From a bacterium (GTDB lineage: Bacteria > Zhuqueibacterota > Zhuqueibacteria > Zhuqueibacterales > Zhuqueibacteraceae), in the NCBI GenBank assembly GCA_044869275.1, contig JBIOXB010000065.1, positions 1-38,185 on the forward strand: DNA of 38,185 bases, read 5' to 3'. The notes under the pieces are model-generated. The model searched no databases. It worked only from the letters and a program-made list of their open reading frames with translations, and was not told the origin of the DNA. Position 1 is the stretch's first letter. Every line of letters starts with the position of its first letter. Of the stretch, positions 38,071-38,185 are shown one piece after another. Both the position numbers and the translations under genes were made by a program.

Positions 38071-38185
38071 CACCCCATCACCCCATCACCCCATCACCCC
38101 ATCACCCCATCACCCCATCACCCCATCACCCCATCACCCCATCACCCCATCTCCCCATCTCCCCGTCTCCCCGTCTCCCCGTCTC
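38071..38185 (-). repeat. Octamer tandem repeat inverted relative to 37572-37651, running off the window end
   Basis: 10 x CACCCCAT, 1 x CTCCCCAT, 3 x CTCCCCGT plus a partial unit. Confidence 0.97.

Noticed and set aside
37572..38185. Possible CRISPR array
   Set aside because: Contiguous 8-nt units with no unique spacers, and no cas genes.

Overview
Chromosomal window from a GC-moderate diderm bacterium. A KSB1/Calditrichota/Ignavibacteria-like lineage is inferred from the TonB-receptor style, a 'NYPNPFNP' C-terminal sorting domain and abundant intergenic short-repeat hairpins. The left two-thirds (3.3-24.5 kb) is mostly housekeeping: folC, a MalK/MsmX-type ATPase, rho, rpmE, DUF1385, prfA, prmC, two phosphohexomutases, rnr, lepA, lepB, hemW, rhomboid, qor, trmB. 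It is interrupted by three decayed gene fragments (SRPBCC, retropepsin-like protease, Uma2). A TonB-dependent receptor with a near-consensus sigma-54 promoter sits at the left end. The middle has a GNAT, a cyclic-nucleotide-gated K+ channel and a TPR protein with a six-cysteine insert. The most interesting part is an eight-gene minus-strand envelope cluster (28.2-37.5 kb): three small beta-barrels (one SH3-fused), a DUF3570-like barrel carrying the FMN-attachment motif DGVTGAS, a secreted NTF2/NHL/CTD protein, a di-heme hydrazine-synthase-alpha-like lipoprotein, a TlpA and a DUF4266 CxC lipopeptide. No apbE is present in the window. A second recurrent signal is at least seven intergenic inverted arrays of 7-, 8- or 9-nt tandem repeats, plus MITE/REP-like palindromes. 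No rRNA, tRNA, CRISPR array or intact transposase was seen. All family assignments come from motif recognition, not database searches.
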